Notes under the pieces: generated by a model
Told to the model about the DNA's origin: nothing
The model's input: only the letters and a program-made list of their open reading frames with translations
Database searches by the model: none
Position numbers and translations under genes: made by a program
Shown: piece by piece, positions 1 to 12,268 of the stretch
How positions within the stretch are numbered: the stretch's first letter is position 1
Layout of the letters: each line of letters opens with the position of its first letter
Assembly: GCF_006345805.1 (NCBI RefSeq)
Contig: NC_043013.1
Span: forward strand, 35,154,001 to 35,218,000
Length of the DNA stretch: 64,000 nucleotides
Source: Octopus sinensis
Taxonomy: Eukaryota
Direction: 5' to 3'

Positions 1-118
1 ATGTCTAGCATAAATTTCCAATCATTTTAATGAACCGTAAAAAAAAAATAGGCAGACACATGCAAATAGCCAGCAGAAAGAAAGAAATATAAGACCGAAG
101 GAAGCTAATCTGGATTTT

Positions 119-180
<62 letters not shown>
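119..180. repeat. (AAT)n microsatellite
   Basis: Perfect TAA run; source of the poly-I ORF 5-208. Confidence 0.97.
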
Positions 181-181
<1 letters not shown>

Positions 182-1021
182 CTCCAAATGGTAATGCCTA
201 ATTTTCATGCCCTGATGCAGTACCAGGCAGTGGCTCTCATGGCTTCTTATCTTAACTGATTAGAGGTGTTATCATGTACATTGTTTTTTCTTGATATAAA
301 AGATGGGCTAACAGATTTGCTTGTCAGTTACTTGACCATAACCTTTGAGGCACCTTGAAAATTGTATGTATTTTTCTATCTGAGCTGGCAGAAATGTTAA
401 CACGCCAGGCGAAATGCGTAGCCGTATTTTGTCTGCCATTACGTTCTGAGTTCAAATTCCGCCGAGGTCGACTTTGCCTTTCATCCTTTCGGGGTCGATT
501 AAATAAGTATCAGTTACGCACTGGAGTCGATATAATTGACTCAATCTGTTTGTCTGTCCTTGTTTGTCCTCTCTGTGTTTAGCCCCTTGTGGGTAGTAAA
601 GAAATAAGTTACTTGACCATAACTAGTTGAGCATGTCCCTTGGTGGCTGACGATATGTGCATCTCTGATCACAAGCAGAAGTAATGGGGGAGCATCATAG
701 CCATGTGTTGAGAGGGATTCTTAGGGGTTTGAATAATTCACTTCTGGACAACATGGGTGTTTCGTTCAACATCCTTAAACAACCCTTATTCAGAGACCTT
801 TTGAGCAGGATGGGTTCCTCGACCAGAAGAAAATTCTAACTGGGCCCCACCTGCAAGGTCATGTGCTGTTTATCTTGATATGAGATCACCATGTCGTGCA
901 CATATGGTTGTGATGCATGTGCCTGGTGTGCCCCTATCAGACGGGTAGTAATAATGGGTATACAGGGCTTCGTATATTTTACCCCAGTGTCACTTTGATG
1001 GAATGCACTGCTCTCTCACTC
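181..1021. mobile_element. Unclassified non-coding element bounded on both sides by (AAT)n, interrupted by a SINE
   Basis: Complex sequence between same-orientation AAT tracts (119-180 and 1022-1080); once the internal SINE and one TSD copy are removed it reads as one contiguous unit. Confidence 0.5.
343..606 (+). mobile_element. SINE family A insertion with 17-bp target-site duplication
   Basis: AGTTACTTGACCATAAC at 326-342 and 607-623. Body gagctggcagaa...gttcaaattcc...ctttgcctttcatcctttcggggtcgat recurs at 1115-1270(-), 6170-7150 and 58380-58610(-). Confidence 0.88.
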
Positions 1022-1083
<62 letters not shown>

Positions 1084-1105
1084 TAATAATAGCAACAACA
1101 ACAAT
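1022..1105. repeat. (AAT)n/(AAC)n microsatellite
   Basis: Direct reading; gives the poly-N ORF. Confidence 0.95.
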
Positions 1106-1776
1106 AATTTTGTGGGGAGTGGGACAGTTGATTACATCAACCCAGTGTTTCACTTGTACTTAATTTATCGACCCTAAAAAGATGAAATGCAAAGTCGACC
1201 TTGGCAGAATTTGAACTCAGAATGCAAAGCCTTTTGCCCAACATGCTAAAAATTCTGCCAGCTTGCCGCCATAACAACAACAACAACAACAACAATACAA
1301 ATAGTCTGCTGTTTATGGATAGCTGACACTTTCCATCAAACCTCGCAAAAAAAAAGCTGAGAGTTTTCATCAAATAATAATGATAATAATAATAATAGTT
1401 TACACATACTGATAACAATAATAACAGCAGACTAGGCGCACAAGTACTCTCAGAAACTAAATAACCTGAGAAATTGATATAATAACTGTTGAGATATGTT
1501 GCCAGGTACTGAGGAATGGTGCTAATCAATAACAAAGAATGAAAATATTCTTACCAATCAATAGTAATTTCTGCACGACTCTAATTAATATTTTGATATT
1601 CAACAGGGGAGTTTATTATTTAAAAATAATATATAAGTAAACGATTGTTATAAGATAAAAGAATACATGAATATAATTTCTTTTTATGAAGCACATAGGG
1701 TGCAATGCTTTTGTTAACAGAATCAACACTAATGCATTAAAGGATGAAATAAATGCTAAGTCAATTTCAGCAAAGT

Positions 1777-2235
1777 GAAGGTGCGTGACTCAGTAGTTAG
1801 AGTATCGGGCTCACAATCATGAGGTAGTGAGTTCAATTCTCAGACCGTGTTGTGTGTTGTGTTCTTGAGCAAGACACTTTATTTTATGTTGCTCCAGTTC
1901 ACTCAGCTGTAGAAATGAGTTGCAACGTCACTGGAGCCCCAAATTCTATTGGCTTTTGCCTTTCCCTTGGATAACATTAGTGGCATGATAAGGTGAGGCT
2001 GGTATGCATGGGTGACTGCTGGTCTTCCATAAACAACCTTGCATAGACTTGTTCCTTGGAGGGGAACGTTTTAGGTGTAATCCCTTTGATAACATCAGTG
2101 GCATAGAGAAGGGAAACTGGTATGCACGGGCAACTGTTGATCTTCCATAAGCAACCTTGCCTGAACTTGCGCTTTAGAGAGTAACTTTCTAGGTGAAATC
2201 TCATGATCATTCATAACCGAAGAGGGTCCCTTTTT
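1777..2235 (+). mobile_element. tRNA-derived SINE family D with internal duplication of its 3' segment
   Basis: A-box-like tgactcagtagttagag and B-box gagttcaattc; central cttgagcaagacacttt...cactcagctgtagaaatgag. Related copies near 5770, 17170, 26370, 41030 and 50415-50870. Confidence 0.8.
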
Positions 2236-2281
2236 TTCCCACTTACCAACAGTGAAGAAGCTTGTGATAAAAAAATGAAGT

Positions 2282-2617
2282 GATGAATAAAAGATAATAC
2301 ACCATTTTGAATTAACTGTTCCACATGAAGACGATTTAGATGCAGCTCAGGTTAGGAAAGACATGCATTATAAGATGCTGCTAGAAGACTGTATAAATGG
2401 TGGTTGGATTATAGGACACTTTCCTGTTGAAGATGGATGTAGGGGTTTAATTGGGACCAGACTGAGATATTAGTTGCTGTCAATGGGCATCAAACATCAG
2501 CAAGGAAATGCCATCTTGGAGATTCAGACAACAGTTGAGAGAACCAGCTATTGGGTATGGCTGAAAAGGAATGATGAAACCCGGTTGTTAGATGTGATGA
2601 TCACGAAATGGACTTGA
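2282..2617 (+). pseudogene. Decayed C-terminal restriction-like endonuclease of a Hero/NeSL-type non-LTR retrotransposon
   Basis: Manual translation FELTVPHEDDLDAAQVRKDMHYKMLLEDCINGGWIIGHFPVEDGCRGLIG...ERTSYWVWLKR matches the ELTVPxE..RK..KY..C...GW..PVEVGCRG..WxWxKR pattern; in-frame TAG at 2471-2473. Not in the ORF track. Confidence 0.75.
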
Positions 2618-3813
2618 GGTCAAATAATAGTCAGTTGAAGTAGTGGGAGGGGGCTTCATATCAGTGTGGGGTGAGGCTAGTGCACTGCAAAGCAGTCGAG
2701 AGGAAAGACCTGAAATGGTGTAGTCATTTGAGATAATTGCTGAAACATACTGGCATCCAGTATACAGAGTTTTTAACGGACTACACCAGCACAATGGAGC
2801 TGTTTCCAAGTCCCTAGTATATACTAATACAGGATCAGACTCTAACACCAAAAACATCTAATTTTGCACTGTTATGCCATCACAATTGTTTCAATAATGA
2901 TTTCTCCAACTGACACAAAGGTTTAGTTTTATAGGGGGGCTGTCTGGTCTATGGGTTCAATCCCAGTACAAGCCTGGTTACATACTTTACTGACTATTAT
3001 GGAATGAAGAATAAAACTGAACCAGGTGGGACTGAATTCATCTAAATACTGTTAAGCAATTAGTATGGTGCTTATATAATTTTCGTTATGGCCTCAAAAA
3101 TGCTTTTATGATCAAAGAGTCTTTGGTAAATTCTGGCATCACTGGTTTAGTGCTTAGCACAATTAACTAGAAATGTTCTTGAGAACGGATAATAAATATT
3201 TTTGCTCAGGAGATAAATTTACTTGCTCAACAATTTTGGGAATTATAGTCATGTACCAAGAAAAGTTGTTTCTTAAATAAATACACAAGCAACCGTCTTC
3301 TGAAGTTTAAGAATGCATATATATCATCATCCAAATTACACACCATATATAATCCAGAACAGGTCATAGATTTGTTAGATTTTAATCTGTGCATGTTGGG
3401 AATAATTAAGAGAAACTCTTAGTTCCTTACATGAAAATCAATTACAAAGTGCAGACATGGCTGTGTGGTTAAGAAGCTCGATTTGAAACATTAGGGATTC
3501 ATGTTCTGTCCCATGGTACAGCACCTTTGGCAAGTATTTTCTACTGTAGCCCAAGGCCAACCAATACTTTATATGTTAATTTGGTAAACAGAAAGTGTGT
3601 GGAAACCTATTACTTATATATACATATGTGTTTATCCAAACTGGAGATGAATACCATTCTTCCATGCGATTGGCTTGAAAAATTGTTACAATATTAAGAT
3701 ATTTTCCTATTTTTCTTAACATGAAACCAATAGTAGCCTTAATTCAAATGTAAAGAAATATTATTCACCAATATATATATAAACATATGTATATATAAAT
3801 ATATATACATACA

Positions 3814-4072
3814 TGTGGAGGTGCAATGGCCCAGTGGTTAGGGCAGTGGACTTGCGGTCATAGGATTGTGGTTTCGATTCCCAGATCAGGTGTTGTGAGT
3901 GTTTATTGAGCAAAAACAACTAAAGCTCCACGAGGCTCTGGCGGAGTGGGGATGATCCCTGCTGTACTCTTTCACCACAACTTTCTCTCACTCTTTCTTC
4001 TGTTGGCCTGCTCGCTTAGCCAGTGATGTGTAGCACCATCTGATGGCCAGGTCGGTCATGTGATCACGTGAT
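3814..4072 (+). mobile_element. tRNA-derived SINE family C (5' part)
   Basis: tgtggaggtgcaatggcccagtggttagggcag head, near-identical to 15929 and 42785. Confidence 0.85.
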
Positions 4073-4367
4073 ATACATACATATATATATATGAATGTAT
4101 ACACACACACATATAATATATACACTTATATATAGATATGTTTGTGTGTTTTTGTATTTGTGTTTATCTTTCACCCATGTGATTTGAAAACTGATGTTGG
4201 TTTCTTTACATCTAACTTAGCAGCTTGGCCAAAGATACTGACAGAAAAGGTACCATAAATATTGGTACATACATATTGCAGTTGATTTGTTTGACTAAAA
4301 CCCTTCATGATAACGCCTCAGCACGTGTGCAGTCCAATGAGTGAAACAAGTAAAAAAATATAACATA

Positions 4368-4580
4368 AAAAACTAGTAAATAAAAAAAACTAATAAACAA
4401 AAAAAACTAGTATATAAAATAACTAGTAAACAAAACAACTAGCAAACAAAAAAACTAGTAAACAAAAATAAACTAATAAACAAAACAACTAGTAAACACA
4501 ACTAGTAAAGAAAAAAAACTAATAAACAAAAACACTAGTAAGCAAAAAATAGTAAACAAAAAAACTAGCAAAAAAAAACC
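4368..4580. repeat. A-rich minisatellite, unit approximately AAAACTAGTAAAC
   Basis: About a dozen degenerate ACTAGTAAAC/ACTAATAAAC units separated by variable A runs. Confidence 0.8.
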
Positions 4581-4599
4581 CAAATATAATACCAATTAG

Positions 4600-5682
4600 T
4601 AACAAAAATATGTGCAGTGATCTCAGTGTTTTAGATTTCACAGAAATTTCTGGTTTGACTTCATCTTTTGCCTCTAAATCTATTTCTATAAGGTTTTTTA
4701 GTTTGGAGATTGCATGTTTCAACCCCTTCTATCATCACCAACACCTTAACATATATTCTGTCTTCTTCCATCATGCAATTGTTCTGTTTTTTCTCACATT
4801 GAGTCTTGGAATGGCTTGCTTATATATCATAATGCTTCTGTGTTTCCCTTCTCAACTGTAGCAGTAATATTGTCAGGATGTGACTGAAGCATATCCTACA
4901 CTAAGACATTTTTCTTTCCGGTCGTTAGTACCAAACATTTTCTACCAGATTTGTATGTATTTTTCATTCATCCATGGATGATTATTACACATTTTGGAAA
5001 ACTTTTGCTTTGGTATAGATTTCCTTCTAAATATTACAATAAGCTTTGTGCTGACAGCTATACATGCTAACATAACTGTGAACCTTGACTTTTTATATCC
5101 AGCAGTCATTATTAAAATTGTTTTTTTCCCTCTAACTTTATTCAGTGTGGGACTTGCTAGGCATAACTGAATATTTCATCATGTTTCCAAACCATGAAAA
5201 TTTATAGGCATTCTTTTTCTTCAGGCATTGGATTATTAATCTACGAAATGCCAATAACTTTCCAACCATTTCTTGTGAAAGCAGCTGTGCTATTTTCATC
5301 ATCTTTCTCAGTACCAAACTGTTTCTCTCCATAAAGCTTGAACAGTTTCAGCAACTTACCGAAAAATGCCTACTTTCTGTGCCATTTTCACAGCAAAGAC
5401 ATGAACTGTTCCCTAGGAAACACCATATCCATTTTCTAGGTTTCCATTGAGATAAATTGCCACTCTAGCTTTCAACTGTGGCCACTTGTTACACTTTCCT
5501 TTGTTAATACATCTATTCCTCAGCATTTGTTTAAGTTTTACCAAAAGCCTTTGGCAATCTCGAAATTTCTTTTCTGCCACTTTAAGTTTCTCAGTTGCTG
5601 TTGCAGAGTTAATTAGTATTTCTGTATATTCAATCATGGGAAGCTTAAAATTTGTTGTAAATTTATTTCTTTTTAAATCCAT
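4600..5682 (-). pseudogene. Decayed pogo/Tigger-type (BrkDBD + CENP-B HTH + DDE_1) transposase
   Basis: MDLKRNKFTTNFKLPMIEY...KWPQLKARV...NGYGVS resembles the BrkDBD/HTH region; downstream frames give GNM, KTILIMTAGYKKSRFTVMLAC, IVIFRRK and WMNE, typical of pogo DDE_1. Many stops and frameshifts; TIRs not found. Confidence 0.75.
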
Positions 5683-6169
5683 ACTGACAGAGAACATGTG
5701 GCATGCTGGCATGTTTCTACACTTGAACAAGATGTAATTTGAACTAATGGTAGCAACATTTATGCCACCTCCAGTTCTCTCAGTTGTAGAAATGAGTTGC
5801 GACATCACTGGTGCCAAGCTGTATCAGCCTTTACCATTATTCCCTTGGATAACATTGGTGGTGTGGAGCGGCAAGGTTGGTATGCAAGGTTGACTGCTGG
5901 TCTTCCATAAACGACCTTGCCTGGACTAGTGCCTCAAAGGGGAACTTTCTAGGTGACTGAGGTGGGGTGTCTTTGCCATATTATAAGTTAATTAACACTA
6001 TGTGTTATATTTGCATGTTGTATGGACATATAATTTAGTTTATATATCAAAGCTCTTTCAGCTGCTCTATCTTAAACAATAGGTGGTGTTGGCAAAATTT
6101 ATTACAAAAATGTATATTACGTTTTAGTAAGTACTGAAGCATCATGATGGAAAATAAGGGGGTTGATAA

Positions 6170-7150
6170 ATAAAGTAGCAGTTGTATACTGGGGTCGATC
6201 TAATCGACTGGCTCCCTCCTCAAAAATTTCAGACCTTGTACCTAGAGTAGAAAAGATTCATTTTAAAGTTCTAATGCGGTGAGCTGACAGAAACCTTAGC
6301 ACACCAGACAAAATGCTTAGCAGTATTTCGTCTGTTTTCTGAGTTCAAGTTCTGCAGAGGTCAACTTTGCCTTTCATCCTTTCTGGTTTGATAAATTAGT
6401 ACCAGTTGCATACTGGGGCTGATCTAATCGGCTGGCCCCACCCCCCAAAAATTTCAAGACTTGTGCCTAGAGTAGAAAAGAACATATTATGGTAAAAGGT
6501 GGTGAGCTGGCAGAAACATTAGCATGCCGGGTGAAATGCTTAGCGGTATTCCGTCTGCCGCTACGTTCTGAGTTCAAATTCTGCCGAGGTCGACTTTGTC
6601 TTTCATCCTTTCAGAGTCGATAAATTAAGTACCAGTTACACACTGGGGTCGATTTGTTTGTCCTTGTTTGTCCCCTCTATGTTTAGCCGCTTAAAGAAAT
6701 AAGAACATATTATGGTAAATAAAAGAAGGCAGTGAGCTGGCAGAATATTCAGTACCCTGGACAAAATGCTTAGCACCATTCCGTTTGTCTGAACATTCTG
6801 AGCTCAAATTCTACTGAGGTTGACTTGGCTTTTCATCCCTTTAGGATCCAATAAAATAAGTACCAGTTGGACACTAGGATCAGTGTAATCGACTTGCTGG
6901 CCTTGTGCCAAAATTTGAAACCAATATATAATGGTAAATAAGGCAGTAAGCTGGCAGAAATGTTATCGTGCAGGGCAAAATGCTTAGTAGGATTTCGTCC
7001 CCATTTATATTCTGAGTTCAAATTCTTCCACAGTCAGCTTTGCTTTTCATCCTTCCAGGGTCGATAAAATAAATACCAGCTGAATACTGGGGATGATGTA
7101 ATCAATCTTCACACTCCCCCAAAACTGCTTGCCTCATACCAAAATTTGAA
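6170..7150 (+). mobile_element. Head-to-tail cluster of about five family A SINEs
   Basis: gagctg(g/a)cagaa-type heads near 6281, 6504, 6735 and 6946 plus a 3' fragment at 6170; 19-bp direct repeat AAGAACATATTATGGTAAA at 6478-6496 and 6701-6719. Confidence 0.85.
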
Positions 7151-7411
7151 ATATGAAACTAATTGTTCATAACTAAAAAAAGAATCAATAAGTATATATA
7201 CACACATTTACATAAAAATGTAGATATAGGCACAGGAATGGCTGTGTGGTAAGTAGCTTGCTTCACAACCACATGGTTCTGGGTTCAGTCCCACTGCATG
7301 ATACCTTGGGCAAGTGTCTTCTACTATAACCTCAGGCTGACCAAAGACTTGTAAGTGGATTTGGTAGATGGAAACTGAAAGAAGCCCACCACCTATCTAT
7401 CTATATCTCTC

Positions 7412-7468
<57 letters not shown>

Positions 7469-7499
7469 ATGTATATATATATATATGTATGTATATATA

Positions 7500-7690
7500 G
7501 GGAGAATTCACAAAAAAACAAAAGACGAAGACAGGTGCTGTTCACAACAAACAGATGTATTAGTATAAAGCTCAGGAAGTGAAATGGTCTTTAACGTTTC
7601 GAGTCTACGCTCTTCCACAGAAAGAAACAAGGAGAGAAAATAAAGAATATGTAGTAGGTAGCGATCTAAGGACTCTCTCAACCCACAGAA
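7500..7690 (-). mobile_element. Penelope pLTR-like element with degenerate minimal hammerhead motif
   Basis: Homologous to 46930-47130(+); motif tcttt CTGTGGA A GAGC GTAG ACTC GAAAC GTT aaaga at 7588-7625(-); abuts a (TCTA)n/(TA)n tract. Confidence 0.55.
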
Positions 7691-7970
7691 CATCCTTAAC
7701 TAAAGGACAGAAGTCTTTGGACTCTGCTAGCACTTCAGGAAATTCTTACTGGCATCCTGGGAGCCACATGCCAATAGGGCCAATTATGAATAGTGGTTAA
7801 AAGAAGAAAATCTCTTGTTGTTGACATAGATTAACAAAGTCTTTTCCTTCCCCATTTTCTAGATAACCAACTTGCTAGAAAAGTCATAGGCCAATTAGGG
7901 TCTGAAGAAATGTTGTAAAGCTAAGCCCTTTATAGATGTGAAGCCCAGGGTAGACCGGCTATATCTATTT

Positions 7971-8048
<78 letters not shown>

Positions 8049-9109
8049 GTCTGTCTGTCTACTACTAAAAGATTCATACTAAGGGGATATTTTCTAAGCA
8101 GGGTTTTAATAGCATGCCTAGTGTCTCCAAGAAAAGAAAATAGAAAATATCTCCAATGTATGAAACTGTTAGTAGCTCATAACTATATACTGTGTACATT
8201 AAACAATATTTATTTCTCACTGGACAGAATAATTTTTTGTTGATGTTACCTTAACACACACACACACACAGATGTGAATAAATATTGGCAGCTTATGAAA
8301 AACTGACATTTTTAAGAAAAAATTTAACTTTCGTTTTGTCTTAATTTATAAATAAAAATTAATCAATAGGCAAAATTAGAGGGCAGCATAATTTAGTTTT
8401 TTCTTCTTTATTTAGTTTCTTCTTTAAGTTTCAAAGAAAGCACACCTTTCTGGAATCATGCATTGAGTTTTAAGTAAAGCTTAAAGAATTTACATCTATA
8501 AAAATTATAAGAACTGAATAGCTAAGAAAGTTTCATTAATCTAAAGGTTAAGAAGTTAAAATTTATTGGAGAAATTCATACTTAGTCATATTTTGAGCAG
8601 GGCAACAATTTGTCATAAATTAACTTGCTTAAGGAGGATGGATAAATAATAACTACTAATCATTTTAAATGACAAAGAGGCCACTGTTATGAAAATATCC
8701 TCAGTAGGAATGAAATTCCTTGAGAAATAAGTCCCGCAGTAATTCTTCATTCCACTCTTAAATTCATTTAAAACTTATGGAATTAGTATTCCCAGAGCAT
8801 CATTTTTCTATGTTACAATATTTATTGACAGATCTATTCTCTGTCAGATAATGATGGAAAATTACTGCTAGTAACCAATATATGGCTGACTATCTCCAAT
8901 ACTTCTGATAATCAAAATTAAAGGGTTTGATTAGACACAAACTTGCAGTAATTTGGGTCAGAGATAATTGATAAAAGACGACAAAAAAAGCTCCATGGAA
9001 TACAGTCTGCTAATCTGAATAAGAAAATTACTTGCAAATAACAACAGCAACAACATCAACAACAGCAGCTACATGAACAAGAACATAGAGCACAAAATTA
9101 AAGATAATT

Positions 9110-9240
9110 AATGTGTTCTCTTGTCCACATGACTATTGCCAACATCTTAATATAATCTACATCAAAGAAACTCACAAGACTTTAAGCAGATGTTTGACTT
9201 CCAGAATTAGGGCACCTTATATACATCTATTAAATGGAAG
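9110..9240 (+). pseudogene. Possible Penelope GIY-YIG endonuclease fragment
   Basis: VFSCPHDYCQHLNIIYIKETHKTLSRCLTS resembles the FxCP..C....YIGxT...LSRRLT pattern of PLE GIY-YIG domains; short and mutated. Confidence 0.4.
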
Positions 9241-9669
9241 ATATAAAGAAAGAGAGAGAGCAGGAGGAAGAGCAGGAGTGTATGAGTGTATATGTGTGTG
9301 TGAGATTGTGAGGAATAAATTTCTACTAATAATTTGAGAATAATGTCAATTATATCATCTTTAATGAGGATGTGAGACATTCTTGTCATATTGGCAAAGT
9401 TTCCTCAACAAGATAATGACTTCAAGTAAACTCGAACTCAATGTGTGACATTAATTTTGTGAATTATTAACAAAGACTTTTAAAAGACATGTAGGCACTT
9501 GTATGAGTAACACAAGATCAGAAGCCAGCCTTCCAGGAAATTACTGCAACTCTACCTCAAAAACAGCATTATTCTCATACTTTCGAGATCAGACCTATAA
9601 TCTTTATATCATTATACACTCACTTTTTACTGTTATCAGCCAGGAAAACTAAAGGATGTGTGAGTGCGT

Positions 9670-9736
9670 ACATATATACATTTATATAAATATACATACA
9701 TACATACATATACATACATACACACACACATATATA

Positions 9737-9777
<41 letters not shown>

Positions 9778-9836
9778 GTATATATACATAAATACATGCA
9801 TTTATATATGCATATATATATATATATATGCATATA

Positions 9837-9910
<74 letters not shown>

Positions 9911-9922
9911 TATATATATATA
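9670..9922. repeat. (TA)n/(TACA)n compound microsatellite
   Basis: Direct reading. Confidence 0.95.
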
Positions 9923-10231
9923 TGGTTAGCTGAGTTAGAGGTTAAAATAACCATCTAAGGGATAGAAGTATCCATTACATTACCGGTATATTACCTATGT
10001 TTAACCATGAGCATACATATGCAAGCATATTATGCTCATAAGTTATAGGTAAAGACAAGGATAAACATGGGTTTATCAAAACTCAAAATTTAAAGAAAAC
10101 AGAAAATGGAGAAATATTGATGAACAACAATCGACTTACATCAGTTATTAGTTATTAACTAATTTGTATTGAATTTAATTAATAAATAATAATTGATCTA
10201 AGTCAATTGTTGTTCATCAACAGAGACAAAT

Positions 10232-11035
10232 TCACATTTGGAACTTAAGAAATGTCTTGCATATTTTTGCTGTTCCACTCCCAGATTGCACTTGTAATGT
10301 ACGAATTAGCCGGTCGATTTCTCTTTCTGAAAATCCCAGTTTATCCAGATTCTCCTTTAAGCATTTACTTTCAAAACCTAGTGCTCCAATTATTATTGAT
10401 ATGAATATGAATTCAAAGTCTGGATATAGAAACTGGGGGTTTTGAAACAGTTGTCCATAGTTATCCTCTTTTCCTTTGATTTTCAAAGAGATATTTATAT
10501 CTGCAGGGCAGCTGACCTCTATGATGGTACATACCTTTGCTCTATGATGGTACATACCTTTGCTCCCAAACAATAATATTCGGTCTGTTTTGTTTACATT
10601 TGACAGAAGTTTTGATGGGAATATTCCACCAGTATTATTTGCATTAATATTTATGAATGTATTTCATAAAAGAAGGATTTTCTAACTTTATTTCAGGACA
10701 GTCTTTTTTGTGGATGACATTGGAAATTGTTTTAGCAACAACCTCATGCCGCATAGGGCAGTAGTACCGTGACGACATTTTAGAACAGTTGCTAATCACA
10801 TGCGATGTGTTCCACAGAAACATAACACAGCCTACACATGCAGTTGCACCTTGGGATTACAAGAGCATTACTGTCTCTCTTGTTCACCAGGTACTTTGTG
10901 GCAATCTCCTGTTCCTGGATTGCAAATGCATAGCCCTCAAGGTGTAATGTGATGTAGTGGTCTCGTATCCGAGAGAGGCTCTGCATTTCTTGTCAATCCT
11001 ACTGTCTTCTTCAAGCTTCCAGGCAACATACAAAA
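10232..11035 (-). pseudogene. 3' part of an R4/Dong-like RLE LINE (CCHC knuckle plus PD-(D/E)xK endonuclease)
   Basis: EGYAFAIQEQEIATKY...CRLC...HVISNCSKMSSRYYCPMRH, then WWNIPIKT...RPNIIVW and IIEVSCPAD...IIIGALG...GTAKICKTFL; a 23-bp tandem duplication near 10519-10564 shifts the frame. Confidence 0.8.
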
Positions 11036-11073
11036 ACTGGAAGAAGCCTGTTATGTGTGTGTATATATATATA

Positions 11074-11143
11074 TGTCTTTTGTTTTTTCTGTAACTATAT
11101 ATATATATATATATATATATAGTTACAGAAAAAACAAAAGACA
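11074..11143. repeat. Perfect 70-bp palindrome (22-bp arms around a TA spacer)
   Basis: tgtcttttgttttttctgtaac (11074-11095) and gttacagaaaaaacaaaagaca (11122-11143) are exact reverse complements. Confidence 0.93.
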
Positions 11144-12231
11144 GAGGCAGGTGTATAAACAACAAGCAGATATATTAGTTTGACACTCGGGAAAGTTAGA
11201 AAGTCTTTTACGTTTCAAGCCTGTACTCTTCAGCAGAGAGGAATGCAGAAAATAAACAGAGAGAGAGAGAATAAAAATGTATGTATATATATATATATAT
11301 ATATGTTTATATTTTGTGCGTGTCTGTGTTTGTCCCTCCACCATCGCTTGGCAACTGATGTTGTTGTGTTTACGTCCCTGTAATTTAGCAGTTCGGCAAA
11401 AGAGACGAATAGAATATGTACTAGGCTTACAAAGAATAAGTGCTGGTGTCGATTTGTTCAACTAAAGGCAGTGCTCCAGCATGGCCGCAGTCAAATGACT
11501 GAAACAAGTAAAAGAATAAAAGAATAAAAGAATAACCTAATGTATCTATAATGTACAAATAAGAATTCATAGTCAAAGTACAAGAGTTTGTATTGCCTGT
11601 GTATATGTGTATATGTGTGTGTATGTGTGGATGTATGTAAGGATGGATGGCTGGATGGCTGGATGGTTGGATGGCTGGATGGATGGATGGATGTATAGAC
11701 ACACACACACACTCACTTATGTTTATATACCTACCAATAAAACATTATGATTTTGGACAGAGAGAAAGAAAGTGTGCACAGTGGTAGATATAAGTTGTCT
11801 AGCAGACATTAATACAACATTATAGATAAAAGGAAAAGAAAAACATCTATGTCAAACTAACGAGAAATCTGCAGATACAACACCCAGACTATAAATTAAG
11901 ATTTATACCTGTAGCATTGGGGCAGTTGGTTATGTCTCTAATTGCCTCAGCAGCAATTTTGAAAAGCTTGGCTTCAAAAAACAAGAAAGGATAGGGCTAA
12001 TTAGAAAATTACAATCATAAGCCATTACTGGAACTGTAAAAATGTCAAACATTCCAGAAGTTTGGCCTGTAGTAATGTAGATATAGATATACACATGCAG
12101 AGACACACAAATATATATACATGAATGTATGTATGTATGTATGTAGTATGTATGTATGTATGTATGTATGTATGTGTATATATATATGCATATATACATA
12201 TGCATACATATATGTATATGCATATGTGTAT

Positions 12232-12268
<37 letters not shown>

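Noticed and set aside
8821-8930. Exon-like IYSLSDNDGKLLLVTNIWL resembling a Cys-loop receptor segment
   Set aside because: Similarity is too short, the frame ends in a stop with no donor, and there are no partner exons.
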